Below are positions 47,801-60,958 of a stretch of 64,000 bases of DNA, piece by piece (positions within the stretch are counted from its first letter, which is position 1; each line of letters starts with the position of its first letter). The position numbers were made by a program, and so were the translations under genes. The notes beneath the pieces were generated by a model. The model worked only from the letters and a program-made list of their open reading frames with translations, was not told the DNA's origin and did no database searches. The DNA lies in the NCBI GenBank assembly GCA_964035545.1, contig OZ037770.1:11242463-11306462 (forward strand), given 5' to 3'. The DNA is from Bugula neritina. Its lineage: Eukaryota; Animalia; Bryozoa.

Positions 47801-50800
47801 AAACATAGTTTTTCTAAAAGTTGGACAAGAACACTGCTTGTAGTTGGTGTAATACTCGGCCATTATTTGTGTCAGCAGCATCTTGTTCAATTACAGACAT
47901 CATTAAAGTGCTCTGATATGCTGCCAATGTCAGCGCGTCTCCATTTTCACCTCTCCCTCTGGAATCGTGACACGTGTCCGTCTAAAACAGAGCTGCCTTT
48001 GTTCTCTGTGAAGCTGGTCTACTCCTTGTTTGGGTTGTCAGAAGATGGTGCTAATATACAGCATGCTGATTTGTTATACAGGTAAAATATTACTTGTAAT
48101 AGGGAGGATTTGTATGTATTTTATGATATTTGTTGGATAGGGAAGTGGAGCAAATTGGGCAAGCTTTTAATATTTATTTGTTTATATTTCCAGGGTTCTA
48201 CTTGACTATAACGTACCCTCAGCAATGGTTCTGCCCCCAACAGTCAATAAAAAGAACGTAAATCATTATAAGGATAATATCGTTTACATCTGGCTCTGCT
48301 ACAGGTAAAATGTTCTCTTATACCGTACTGCTGTTTTCTATTTCTCTTTTTGAAATTATTTGTTAGAAGTCTTTTCATTGTGTTTAACACTTCAACTAAT
48401 CACGTCTAACTGATGACTATAATCTGATGACTCAACTCTGCTGCGTCTTTCTAACCAACCAATCATATTGTAGCTTTTGTTTTGTAACCACACACAGTTC
48501 TTTACTATTTTCTCATCAACCAATCATATGGCTGTTATCTGTTAGTTGTATTACAATGTAGCCAATCGTATAATTTTAGCTACTATCTCTCTGCAACCGA
48601 CTCTTCTCGTGAAGTTATAACTGATGTGTATGAAACTGCTTTGTCACGACTCACTGAGAGAGAGCACGTGCAACTTGTCTCCTGGAGGTAAGAAATTGCT
48701 TTCTCTCTCGGCTCTGTCAATTTCTGATCAAGTGCATTAACTATCTATATTTATTTGCTTGCTTTAAAACAATGATTGTCTTCCAACATAAGCCAATAAG
48801 TTCTGCATATATTTTCCTATGTTAACTTTTTTAAAATCAGTGTTATGGAAGAGGCAATTACCATTCATGTTGGCTGAATGTAATGTAATAGTGTTGCAGC
48901 TTTTAGTGCCGATTCTAATTTGTGCTTGTTTGAAACCATCCTACTTGACTTTGAAAATCTTTAAATAATAAATATAATATATAAAGTTATAATAAAGTTG
49001 TTATAATCTTCTAGATAGTCATAATATGTTGAAGTTATACAAAATAACTTTCTTGCCAAAGTTTTATTAAAGCACTGAGCTAAAACCTGCAACACCTTAC
49101 ATACCTGTCATACTGATGGCAGTTATGTACTGTTGACACTGTGGACACTAAGGCACAAGTGTCAAATGTGCACTCTCTCCTTTACAGTTGCTTCACTTAC
49201 TCACTACTTTATAATGAAGCTGTTATGTTGACATTCAGGTACCTGCTCTACCGGTCAGAGATTATCAAAGCACCTGCGGGCACCAGCACTTCATCTCACA
49301 TGAAAAAAGAGTTCTTTGACACTGTTACCAGGTGTCTCCTTTCTACTCCGTGTAAATTCATCTCTCCCCAAAACAAGCCCTACTTTGACTACTCTTTCCA
49401 TAATCAGGTACGGAATCGGCTTTCGTCTTAGTTTATATTATTTGTTTATAGGGGTCCTGCATGCATTAGAGAAAATTGTATGATTTATGAAATATCCACC
49501 CGTTTCTTACAGTTTTCATTGTGTAAAGCAGTCTAAACACTTAATTTCAGTTTTTGTCATCTGCTCTTAAGGTTTTAAAAATGATCTTTGAATTAAAATT
49601 GTTGAGCCTTGCTATTTTCCCTCATGCAACCAATATCTGCATAATATTGAGCAAGTTTTGAGATGTCTGTTAACTAGGTCATCATACATGTGGGTCACAT
49701 GCTAAACTCTTCTGACGCTGCTCGATGGTACGAACACTGGATGGAACGTTATCCCGACAATCTATCTCTTATTCCCAGGTACACGTTATACTCTGCTATA
49801 CAAACTGGCTGAATCCATATTCTATATTACATACTTCTGGTTATCTTTTCACATAAATCACGTTATTACATGCATCTACTTCGTCATACAAACTGACTGA
49901 CATGGAATCCATCACAGTGCTCCCTTCGTATCTCACTAAGCTTTGGGTCCCGGAGCCTCAATTCATGACATAGTAGAATACTAGATTTAACTAATGGATC
50001 CGTTAAATTCGGCCATTTTGTCTCTATACACACATTTTTCACAAACCGAGGGTCCAAGCCCTTCTCATGACATAGAATTGCGTGGGAACTGGAGCCGTGA
50101 GATACAGAGGGAGCACTGTATATGCTTATTGTTAGGTTTCACACAAACCATGTGGATACACTTTGTTATATTGTAGACTGTTCATGTTCGCCAGAAAGTG
50201 CTGTGTCTATTTTAGACTGTGTGCTATTTACTTGGAAAGGCCGGGTGGAGACCTCCTCTCTATCATTTATCTATGCAGTGTTGTTTCCCGCCGAAGTTTG
50301 GCCTACGAACCTCTTTGGCTCCTGTATGTATTATTAGTTGCTGCAACATCCATTAACATAGTATGATAATTAATATGAGTTGACAGAAAATTATTTTCTC
50401 ATTTATGTTCTGATGTAATGGCTAATATGATTCTGATTTGGTTTGGTGTTTAAATCCATCGAGTAGTGCACACGCTATCAGCTGATAGCATTTCATAGAC
50501 AAAACATATATGTAATTTATAAAATAAGATATGCAAGTTATAAATGGGAATTGCATGTAGCGAGAATGCATGCTTTGTTTTCTTTAGGGCTTTTATTTTT
50601 TATTCACCGGAAATGTTTCACTGTTTTTGCAGGTATGTTTCTGTGATGGTGAGGGTTGAAAGGTTTCAGGAGGTTAGTAAATCGTTTCTGTTGTAGTGTG
50701 CGACCTACTGGTGTTTCCTGTATACTACTAACAATATGGCTGTCTTTTTCTCTTATTCAGGCTCTTTCGCTCGCTGAGAAGGCCGTAAAGTTGGTACCCC

Positions 50801-51555
50801 ATTCCGTGGCGCTCTGGAAACAAGTAGGAAAATCTTCTGTACTTTCCAGCTGACAAGCTACTCTCTCCCTTTCTAGTGCTTCAATCTCAATAGCTTGTTT
50901 CGTATTGGCCTGTTGTATACTTATCTTGACTGCTATTGGCCTGTTGTATACTTATCTTGACTGCTATTGGCCTGTTGTATACGTATCTTGACTGCTATTG
51001 GCCTGTTGTACTTATATTGACTACTATTGACTTATATTAACCTTTATTGCTAATGGCTCGTTTTGTATGCAACTTTATAGTGATTGGTTTGTTCTGTTAG
51101 CTTGTAATGTACTGGATAGTGGGAGTCGTCTTGCATGTTGCATGTTTATTTTACTTGTATAGGATTCACTTTTTCCAATCCACTGCCACCTCATTTTCTT
51201 GTGGTTATTTTCAAGCTAATTCCACTTTATTTTTAGTTTTTCTCTTGTACTTTGGCAGGTATAACATGAAGATACACTGCCTTAGATAGAGATTGCTAGC
51301 AACCACTTTTTCTTATTAATGTTGCAACGAATTACTTTGGTTAAAGGCAGAGTATTTTCAAGTTATACCGAGTGTGTGTATAGTTTTATAACACCTGTTG
51401 ACACTTTGCAGTATCTCTCCATCATGCTGAGCATGTCATTACCGAGGGAGCGAGTGCAGACAACTTTTAATCAATGCAAAGACCTGAATGTAGACATACA
51501 GCAGTTCCTGGACAGCCTGCCGAGTCAAACCAGAGCCATAATCGACGAACAATGA
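31026..51555 (+). CDS. ZFC3H1: Zinc finger C3H1 domain-containing protein (PAXT scaffold; Red1-like), about 39 exons; exact start uncertain
   Basis: Exons include 31026-31143, 31597-32622 (EKEDGEITSDDE), 32981-33060, 33504-33665, 34038-35073 (ELLRLAALRS), 38255-38485, 39000-39173 (VVINLGEESSDDE), 39857-39970 (LSEDKKLEYMQMKEE), 42716-42858 + 43304-43435 + 43686-43765 (YSSVLTMFDTYRLS; CRYDLHGTCNDSKCTDQH = C-x7-C-x4-C-x3-H), 44693-44806 (LERSLLLNAHNVKLWMKLAY), 45269-45461 (ALHILSLALESNP..LWVFYL), further HAT/TPR-like exons, and last exon 51412-51555. The motif order matches ZFC3H1. Confidence 0.88.
33176..33360. mobile_element. Same MITE family, degenerate copy B in opposite orientation
   Basis: Matches the reverse complement of 49915-50118 (TATAGAGACAAAATGGCC, GTATTCTACTATG, AGCTTAGTGA blocks). 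Confidence 0.7.
34792..34958 (+). repeat. Coding 21-bp minisatellite (8 x VANQTAP) in ZFC3H1
   Basis: CAGTAGCCAATCAGACTGCAC unit repeated 8 times. Confidence 0.95.
35590..35803. repeat. Polypyrimidine/polypurine (CT)n/(CTCTCC)n tract
   Basis: Pure C/T run just inside an intron; source of the EREREG ORFs. Confidence 0.95.
37480..37697 (+). repeat. Coding 21/24-bp minisatellite (LVGTSATG) in ZFC3H1
   Basis: ACTAGTTGGCACGTCTGCTACTGG units, about 9 copies. Confidence 0.9.
40312..40425 (+). repeat. Coding 18-bp repeat (KPVSQ[V/A]) in ZFC3H1
   Basis: AAGCCAGTTTCACAAGTT units, about 6 copies. Confidence 0.85.
43513..43625 (+). mobile_element. SINE family A, 5'-truncated copy
   Basis: GTGATGTTAGGAAGAGTATCCACTCATAGTTGCTCCTGTG matches the family core. 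Confidence 0.65.
44811..45030. repeat. Intronic GTGTCA-based tandem repeat directly after a splice donor
   Basis: GTGTCATTCACGTGTCACATA-type units. Confidence 0.9.
46097..46401. mobile_element. hAT-type non-autonomous element (MITE)
   Basis: TIRs CAGGGGTGTCCAAC / GTTGGACAGCCCTG flanked by an 8-bp target duplication CTCTAGAC / CTCTAGAG (7 of 8 match). Confidence 0.85.
46530..46680. repeat. Intronic 21-24-bp tandem repeat before a splice acceptor
   Basis: CTGTATACTGTGACATT(CT/AGTG)TAA units. Confidence 0.9.
49915..50118. mobile_element. MITE with CAGTG termini (Tc1/mariner-like), copy A
   Basis: TIR CAGTGCTCCCTTCGTATCTCAC / GTGAGATACAGAGGGAGCACTG followed by TA; a diverged inverted copy lies at 33176-33360. 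Confidence 0.8.
50903..51020. repeat. 31-bp intronic tandem repeat
   Basis: TATTGGCCTGTTGTATACTTATCTTGACTGC x ~3.5. Confidence 0.9.
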
Positions 51556-51826
51556 AAGTGCCATTTAGCGATGAACCACAACTACCTCATTTATCATGAC
51601 TACTCAGCTGAAAAGGATTACCATAGCATCAACTGAAAGGGATGAAAACTCCCGACTACTCAACAGAAACCTTATTCTAGTGATGACTGCACGTGGGTGG
51701 CCTTCCATTGGAGGAAACCCTGTGTCGTCCATCTTGGTGACTATGCAATAGCAAATTTTAGCAAGGTGCAATTATATACTCATCATACATATAATTTATT
51801 TATAAGTATATTGCTGTTCAGATGCT

Positions 51827-51832
51827 TTTATT
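51827..51832 (-). terminator. Probable poly(A) signal of the SLC6 gene
   Basis: First minus-strand AATAAA (TTTATT on +) downstream of the stop at 52258; a second lies at 51795-51800. Confidence 0.5.
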
Positions 51833-51856
51833 GTACATAGTTATATTTGTTATAAA

Positions 51857-51862
51857 AATAAA
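51857..51862 (+). terminator. Probable poly(A) signal of ZFC3H1
   Basis: First AATAAA downstream of the stop codon at 51555. Confidence 0.55.
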
Positions 51863-52257
51863 GAGTCATATTTTCAAGAAATGACGGTTTTTATGCAAAG
51901 CTATTGTCAACATTATGCTCACACTGCTCAGTAAACTAGTAAAAAAGTAACAAACAACCTAACTAAAAACTAAAACCAGATACAAAATACAGAAGTTCTG
52001 CTATTGAAGACCTGCCACATTATGTAAACTTGCAACTTAGAATTTAGGTTTTGTTTAAATCAATACAAAAAAACTAGTTGATGCACAAAGGAGCAATATG
52101 TGCTCATCTATCTCTCTTGATTCAAGAGGAAAATAAATCTGCCAAAGCAAACTGATATATAAATACCTAACATATATACAGGTTATGTAGTTATACAGTC
52201 TCGAGCTAGTGAAAATGTTTACAAGTGAAATATTTACAAGTCCTATTAGAAGCATGC

Positions 52258-53734
52258 TCAGGCCTGACAGTCATTGTCAGTTGTCAGCTTTTCATGTTCA
52301 GTACTGATCTCTTCCATTTCTGCAGAGGTTTTCACTTCATAATCTGGAGTAGAGGTCATTGGGGTGATCTCCGGGTCACTACACATAGCAAAACATTGTT
52401 GAGTGAATACGTTAGTGGCAGCACAATCAAGAAAATATATTTACTAAGATTAAAGAATAACCGTTAGGCATGATTATTTCAAAAATCTTCCCTGGTAACA
52501 AAGTCCTTATTGAAATATTTAAATTCCAATACTTCAAAACACGCACACAGGATAGTTAAGGGCAACCTTTTAGCTGCAACTGCCTTGCTGAGGTTTGCAT
52601 TGTAATCATATAAGAATTCAGTACCAGTAAAATAAAATCTCACCTAATTGTGCTAGAATCAAAATTTAAAAACTATGTTGTAGATCCTGTTTTTCCCCAG
52701 TGCAACTTTTTTGGAAATTTCAATTTTCATTTTTTTTGCAAAGTTATAGACAAAAAACTGCCCAATTTTGGCCAATTTTGCCTGAAAAGCTGACTTTTCA
52801 GTACCAGTAAAATATCTCAGCAGCAAAAGATGATATCTGAATAAAAATTGCACTGCTGGAATCCTGAGATATTTCTCCAGTGCAACTTTTTTTCATTTTC
52901 TAATAACTCTTCTAGATTGCCCATAAATTGGTGATTTATACACTGAAAATGCCATATTTTTTCATAAGAAACTAGCAGCGCGCAGTGCTTCACGCTTCAA
53001 TGAGCACTTAGGGATGAGAAGATATTGGCGCGTACATGCTAATTATAGGCTTGCTAGCTGGCAGGCTATAATGAATAGCTTGCTTTGTACTTTGTTTATG
53101 TTTATGTACAATGGAATGTTGATAGATAACGCAGCCCTAATGAAGGTTGCTGCTCATTGGCTGTAGTTTAATCTTAGGCTAAACAAATGCAAGTAGGCAA
53201 CACGCATGCCACCCGCAGAGCAATATTATTCAAGAACCTGAACTACATTTTGAAAGAAATTTATGATATTCTTAGTGAGGATGCCCTTAACTATCCTGTG
53301 CATTCACTAGTAGTCAGGAATTTAATGCATCATAAAAAATTACTATAAAATTATCATTCGTAGTAAAAACAAATAAATGTCGACGGATCAAATTAGAATT
53401 TTTAGTTGCTAAAAGCCATGAAACTATTTTTATTTTACTGTTTGCTTTTAATCTGTAAATCTATTTTTATTAAGTTTTATGTGTAATCTCTTTTATCTTA
53501 CCTTTTGCTGTCGAGAGATGAAGATAAGACTTGGGGTTGATGATGCTTCTTAGAACCCCATTCGGGTAGAGGCTTGGAGTACTTTAGAATTTTCTAGAAA
53601 AAATATTATACACTCATATTTTCTGTCTGCAGAATAACAAAGCAGAACATTCAGTCAGGCAGACGCAAGATATTCACAAAAAAGGAGACAACTCTAAATG
53701 TATAAAACAATTCATTTCTCAAGCTCATGGCTAG

Positions 53735-53774
<40 letters not shown>

Positions 53775-55359
53775 TTAATCCAATACGCCCTAGGGCATTA
53801 AATGGATATTAAATTTAATATTAAAACTTTGAGCACTAGCTAATAAGACTTATATTAACATATGACATAAAACACATTTTAAACTCACCTGCCACAAACC
53901 AAGAGGTTCGCCCCTTGTTTTAATGAAGAGCAGGTAAAGAGGATAGACAAGTATGGGGAGAGAACTACTAATGCCGTAAAGCCATGCAAGGCCAATAGCT
54001 GCACTCGGGTACTCCATGTCGCCGTATTTAGGAGCCTCATACTTTACTAATGTGTAGAAAAACATGCCCTACAATGAAAATAAGATTATTTAGAAAGCAT
54101 AGAGAAAAAACCAATATGTTTAGACAATAATAAGGAATGAAACTTAAATTGGTGCAGATTTGGAAGACGCAAACGCTGGTATGAGAGAATGGCGTGTGAA
54201 AACAAGTTTGATTGAGTGCTTGACGAACACTAAGTAGAAAGTGATGCGAAAGAGCATCTAATGAACAGAAGTTTCCATTCAAATAATAACTTTATCTGGC
54301 CAATAGGATTCATTCATTTATTTAGCTCGACACTGCATAAAGTCGAGGCTTTTTCATCAAAATTATGTCAAATCAAATTTATTTATTTATTACCAACAAA
54401 ATTTAAGACAACCCATTAAAATATACCAGTTCAATGGAAACTCATTTTTTCCCACAGTAGACAGATATCATCTCTACTAATTTCAACAATTCTGCTTACT
54501 CTAGTCATGCCAATATCTCATGATCAACTTTTGCAATAAGCCATTTTGTGATGCTAAAGTTGTGCAATATTAATTAGAAATTTATCAATCTACAGGTCAT
54601 ACATACACACACTGCGTACAGCACTCAAAAGAAGACAACTTACAAAGACTATGAGAGGAGTTACAAATTGCCACATGATTCGCCAAACAATGACAGGCTT
54701 GTATCCAATCATTGCTTCTATATCTCTGTAGAGACGTTCGCCACCTTAAAATGAGAAGAAATCTTCAAATTTTAACAAAACATATATATAATGCCATACA
54801 AATAATATATTATGTATAGTATAGTATAAAATATACTATACAATACAAAACTTCCTATCAGCAGGACAAAAGCAGATATATATTGTTTCTACATGACCTC
54901 AATTTGTAAATTTGTAATTGGCTGATCAAGATCCGTACCAACAAAAAACCACTTGACTGTACCTGTCACTTTAACAGGATGCAGCAGGTAGTGAAACTGC
55001 CAAGTTTGCACAATATGCTGGCATATAGCAAATTTTAAAGGTTATATAGATGCTACATGCACTGTAGGTATAAAGGAAGGAATAAAAAGATAAATCCAAA
55101 TTGATAAAAGAAAGTATTAGACTTTTGAATACGTACCGTACACCCAGCCAATCACAATGCATTCTACAGCACTGATGAGCAGCAAGCTGAAGATTCCAAT
55201 ATAACCATCCATCAGTTGAAAGAAGTAGACTCCAGCCTACATTATATATTACATAATATTATTTATCTCATATGAGTAGATTGAAACTGAGTCATTTTTA
55301 TAAAGTTCCAGTGAATAATTAATGTGCACTACTAATATAAGAAAGTTATATTGCTATAC

Positions 55360-55419
<60 letters not shown>

Positions 55420-58400
55420 TATAATATAGGATATATATGTGCATACTATATAGCAATATAACTTTCTATATATTCTATATGATCTTGCTGTACATTAGAG
55501 TTGTCTTCACTTACATGAGTACAACAAATTAACCCGAGACAGAAAGCTATCAGACACAGAACACCGGTGAACAGAGATTTCTTCAGTCTGCTAGAGAAAT
55601 ACTCTCCAAACTCATCCATAACAGAAGTAGTGAATGTCTCAAACATGGCGAACTACAAATCATTAGGAATATCTTAAGTTAGGCTGTTGTCACGATACAT
55701 TGCACTACACTGATGTACCAAGCACATAGCAAAACCTAACAGACTAAAAGCATATTTTAGTGCAGGAATAAAAACCAGTAAACAAAGACTTGTATAGTTT
55801 GCATATATCCTAGAATCTAACCTCGAGAGATACACTAAGTACGGTTACAGTATTAGTGAATACAGTGTTATGTAGGTATCTCACTGGTTACAGCTTATTA
55901 CTAAAACTAGCCAAATATTCAAAGCCATGCAGAACAAAGTTCAGACTTTTCAGACATAAACAGTTGAAATTCATGTCACATGATGAGCTGATAAATCAAA
56001 TTATTCTGACTTCTTAGAATTTTATGATATAAAATTGGCCACATGTCTATCAACTGTTATACAGTTAATTAATGATATTTTATACTTTGATGTAAATAGC
56101 TAAGGTTACTCCTAAACTGCCTAACAAAAACTTCCATCTTTCATTATATTCATACCATAAAATATATTTTTTGGCAGTTCTTGCTAAATGCAAATATATA
56201 ACAAGTAATAAATTTACATATTTTACTAATTTGTTGCATAAAAATAGAAATTTGAACTTGCAAGTGTCAAATAGGCATTTATTAAATAATTCTAAATCAA
56301 CGAAATGAAAAACATGCTTTGTCGAAAAAATTGGGGCAGAATAATACAAGGTATTGCTGCTTATCACATTGGAAATATTGAGACACGCCCAAAGATAGGA
56401 CAATGATGTCTACACAAAGCTAGAAGCTCAGTAGAGATCTATACCTATATCTATACATACCTGGGAGTCAAGGCCAACCGAGAGGATCATTATAAAGAAG
56501 AGAACGGCCCAAAGTTGCGGTACAGGAAGTTGGGAGATGGCGTAAGGATAAGCTACAAACACTAGCCCTGGTCCTGTCAACAAATTAACAGACAACTTCT
56601 CAAACTATGTGTAAAGTTAATTAGCTAACTACAATAATATATGTAAACATGCGGCAGCAGTGGTCTAAGGGCTAGAGCACTGGCTTAGTAAACACAAAGT
56701 CATGGGTTCAAACCACGACAAAGGTCATTGGTGATGTTAGGAAGAGCATCCAGTCATAATTGCTCCTGTGCTTTCTCTGAATAAGCCCACTTCTATCAAG
56801 GGTTTCTCAGAGGATAGTGAATATAAATTCACATGACCGTTTATGATAAAAGTGAACAATTACATAGCCCCCTGATGTATTAGTCACCATAATATATATA
56901 AATACTGCAACTAGGTATAAAGATAAAGTATACTTTAATGAATTATGATGTTGAAGGATAAATAGTATTTTCAGTAAGCTATAACACTGTTTTGTTAAAT
57001 TGACTGCCAGATATATAACAGTATAGATTATAGAACATATACTAACAATGATAAGGTGTACTTGTAGACTCAGTGTAATGGCAAACATTGCTAAGATATG
57101 CTGCCTGTTCTGCCATTGTTTTGGCAGCAGCCGCCTATTGCTGGCACATTGCCAAACATCTGACAAAAATATTGTGAATAAAATTTCCAACAGATTTAAG
57201 ATCTGGTTGAGAGATGCCAAGCCAGTCAAAATTTATATGTTTTTATCAAAACCACCTGCTGAAACTGCTGATATATTTTAAAAAAACTCTAGTCTAATCA
57301 AAACAATGCTGTCATTACTTTTGATAAAATAATGTTTTAAATTTCCTTTAGAAAACAAAGCAGTAACCTTTGAGTTTGTGTCATTCGTCCCACACATTTC
57401 TTAGTAAGTCAGCTAACAAGAGTATTCTGGGAAGGGCTTATCTTACAATCACAAGTCATTCTACTTTGAACCCCTGTGAGGGGTCTTGTAATTCATTGCA
57501 TGCAACACAAGACCAAGGTAAAAAGAGTGAATTTGGACTCTTATTGCACTTTTTGTATTATATTATATCTTGTAATATTTTAAAACTTGCCAGCTCTATT
57601 TCTATAGAAGAGTTGTGTAAAAATGTTATTATTAATCATAAAAATAAGTTCTATTGTTGATAAAACCCCTCGGGCCTAGTATATAATATAACCTAGTAGT
57701 ATTATCATTATATAACATTTTAGAATAAATTTGTAATGCTGTAGCTAATTCAAGGTACAATATCACCTTATAATAGGTTAATTGGTTACATATTATAATG
57801 GAGCTCCTTAGAGCATACTTGAATATTAGTTTTGATGTATAGTGAAACAATGCATAACATATAAATTATAACAATACATTACATTACATATCTTTATTAC
57901 ATTATATAATAGTGGTTTAACATGTTCCATTGTATAATATGTTATAGCATATTATAATATGTCATATTACACATTACACATGTTATAGCATATAATATGT
58001 CATATTACTCATTATATTGCACATGGCTATAGCATATTACAGCGTTATTTTACACATTAGATATACTGTAGTTGTCTTACCCTTGTCTATGATGTCCTTG
58101 ACCTCCACTCCAGCTTCATTAGCCATATACCCCAGCACACAGAAGATCACAAAGCCAGCGTATATACTCGTGGCACAATTAATTAGCGGCACAACCACAG
58201 AAAACCTGCAATGACGTGCATTATTTACAGTTGCTGTACGGTATGATCGGAGTTATGCTATCAACAAGGGATGTGTTAGAGTCACTATGGGAATACCTGT
58301 AAATGTTGGTGTTGAACTTGTTATAGCTGGCCATGGTGATGAGCCCTCCCCAAGCTGCACCCAATGAGAAGAAGATTTGTCCACATGCCTCCACCCACAC

Positions 58401-60958
58401 CTGGCAAAGAAACCAACTATACAGCTGGGATAGAGTGGTGGAACACAGAGGGCTACATGAGTATCTCATAGATACGCTAGACACTGGTAGGGGAGATTAG
58501 GGAAACTATGTAAGTGATACTACATTGATATCAACAAGAATTTACAAGTCTTTGAGCAGCTTAGATAGTGCAAATATTGAAACATGGCATTAACAATAGT
58601 TATTGTATACTACAGCAAACATATTTCTAAATTTACATACAGTATTAACACATGGTATTACATATTATAGTATAGACTGCATTAACGTTTGTATTACACA
58701 TGAAAAAAGACTATATAGTGGAAATCACAAATCTTTACTTACAGTTGGTTCAGCCAGTTTGGTAAAGTTGGGTTTCATATAAAACTCCACTCCTTTGATG
58801 CTTCCCTCCATTGTAGCCCCTTGTATTAGCAGAACAGTGAGAAGAATGTAGGGGGCTGTAGCCGTGACGTACACCACCTACACAGCAACAGAGAATGTAG
58901 AACACTAGGCTACACAGCAACAGAGAATGTAGAACACTAGGCTACTCAGTAACGCAGCACTACTCTATTAACTTGAATGTTATAGAAAAACCAAAGAGCT
59001 AAAAAAAGTTTTTAAAACCAAGAAAGCATTTTTTGCTTAGGAAAAGAGTAAATTTGGATAACAACTAAGTAATTTATGATAGGAGTACATTCAGACTAAC
59101 ACCTTAGCTGACTGGGCTTTTAACACTAGTTTGCATTAATGTACTGCAGTTTACATGCAAAATTAACCTATAGTTTGGCCCATCATCAACTGACCTAATT
59201 TCAGCTGATGATGTTTATTCATAGTAAAACATTTGCTAAGTTACTCTAAATGGGTATTAGTATATATTAGTATTAGTATTATTATACTATCATAATTACT
59301 AATTGCATGTACTAATAGGTTAATTGTAGCTGAAATATGGCCAACATCCTAACAGCTGCATCCTGACCTTTCCAGAAGACTTGATGCCCTTAATGAGACA
59401 CAGATAGACTAAGATCCAAGCAAAGAGAAGAATGAGGGTGAGGTCCCACCTCAACTCAATGACGTCTGTAATGGCGCCAGACCGAGAAAGGATCTTGTTA
59501 CTACAGAAGACGTGCAGATAATGGAGTCAACATAGCAAATAATATAATAGGAATATAAAAAAAACATGTAAATAATATTAAAAGTAATTTGCAAAATAAA
59601 TAAGTAAATAATATTAGAAAAAGAATAGATTAAAGTATAGAATATATAAGCATTTGCAAGGGTATGTTTCATCAATAATTAAAATATTTTATATTAGCTT
59701 GTTGCAGCTTATATAGCTTTAATTTGAGTTGCTTTACTATAAAAATGCAGATAATGCAATGTTGAATATTGATTGACACCTGCATTTATTTTATTATCAT
59801 TTCTTTTAAATTAAACAACATGGTGTAGAGTAACTCAACACTGTTTACACACTGATAGCCTAAAATCTTCACACAATATGTGCTGAATTAAGGTAGGCTT
59901 GACAGACTAGCCTATCTAATTCAACTTTGAAATTCATATCGAAAAATTGAAACTATTACGATGCACAGACTTGTAGACGATGTGTAGACGTTGAAACAGG
60001 AAATAGCTTACTCCCAGAATTCTTCAGCAGGGTACGGAGGTCGCTTGATATCTTCACTAGAGGTCAAGGTTTCATTGCAGAGTGCTAGAGTTGCATTGGC
60101 TAAACCATCAACATAACTTAATACAGTGCCATTGATGCTCGTGGTATTGTCTCCCATGTCAGTAGAGAGGCATGGGGCAGTTGCTTGAGTTGTGTTTACT
60201 ACAAGTAAGATATTTATATGCTAAAAATAGAACTGAAAATACTGGTATATTTTATGTGCATTATTTAACTCTTGTAACAAATAACAACCTAAATTATACT
60301 ACATGTTGCAGTAATTGCAAACAAATAACTGACCCAGATCTCTTCTGATTGAATAGCATTAGATCTATAATTTACATTTCATATATGCTAAGGAATGCTG
60401 CAGTTGGCTTGTTTCTAATTATTGAGAATACTAATACGTAGTGCTAGCCTTGTGTAGTTGCACACAGCCTGGCCACATGTAGATGTTATATGTAGTTAGT
60501 GTTTCACAATCAATGTCTCTAGCAAAAAAGTCACAGTTATTTGGAAGTAATAGGAAGAGAAAGATAGTTAATAGCTAAGGGAAACTGACCATATATATGA
60601 TTAAATTGTGTATGCTAGGTTTATAAGAATAGCAGTAAAATTCCAACAACTAGTTTTCTACACTCTGAAGTATGCAGTTTTATTTCAATGCATTCTCACA
60701 CAAATACACTTGCTGTTTGACGGAACTGAAATATATTAGGATATCCTTCTGACAATATATTCTAGAAACTGAATGCAGGATGAAAATACCTTTTTGGCCG
60801 AGTGGCGTACATTCGTCTGTGTTCCACCAGTTACCACACTCTGACCAAGGGAGAACCTTGGAGAAGGAGTGGAAGAAATAGTACAAGGTCCACATGATGA
60901 TTACGTTGTAGTAAACACAGCAGTAGACTGATACCATTACCATTCCCAGTCCTAAACC
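52258..60958 (-). CDS. SLC6 Na+/Cl- dependent transporter, amino-acid/glycine/proline-type; TM3 to C-terminus (5' exons apparently beyond the window)
   Basis: Exons approx. 60958-60790 ([30 protein letters not shown]), 60220-60012 (PAEEFW), 59500-59368 ([10 protein letters not shown]), 58877-58743 ([10 protein letters not shown]), 58400-58297 ([28 protein letters not shown]), 58205-58081 ([14 protein letters not shown]), 56573-56461 ([10 protein letters not shown]...GLDSQ), 55652-55515, 55236-55136, 54744-54644, 54068-53890, 53593-53502, 52378-52258. AAWGGL in TM6 is typical of the GlyT/ATB0,+ group. Confidence 0.92.
52546..53300. mobile_element. Non-autonomous DNA transposon with ~20-bp TIRs in the last SLC6 intron
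   Basis: CACAGGATAGTTAAGGGCA ... TGCCCTTAACTATCCTGTG; CA on both flanks (possible 2-bp TSD); internal direct repeats (TTCAGTACCAGTAAAATA, CCAGTGCAACTTTTTT). Superfamily not determined. Confidence 0.7.
55343..55416. repeat. (TA)n microsatellite
   Basis: Uninterrupted TA run (others at 1829-1847, 38836-38886, 53739-53770). Confidence 0.95.
56654..56790 (+). mobile_element. tRNA-derived SINE, family A
   Basis: A-box-like TGGTCTAAGGG, B-box GGTTCAAACC, then GGTGATGTTAGGAAGAGCATCCAGTCATAATTGCTCCTGTG, shared with copies at 1320-1455 and 43513-43625. Confidence 0.75.

Noticed and set aside
60012-60199. Apparent frameshift in the SLC6 EL2 exon
   Set aside because: Resolved by using the upstream acceptor at 60221-60222, which restores the frame.
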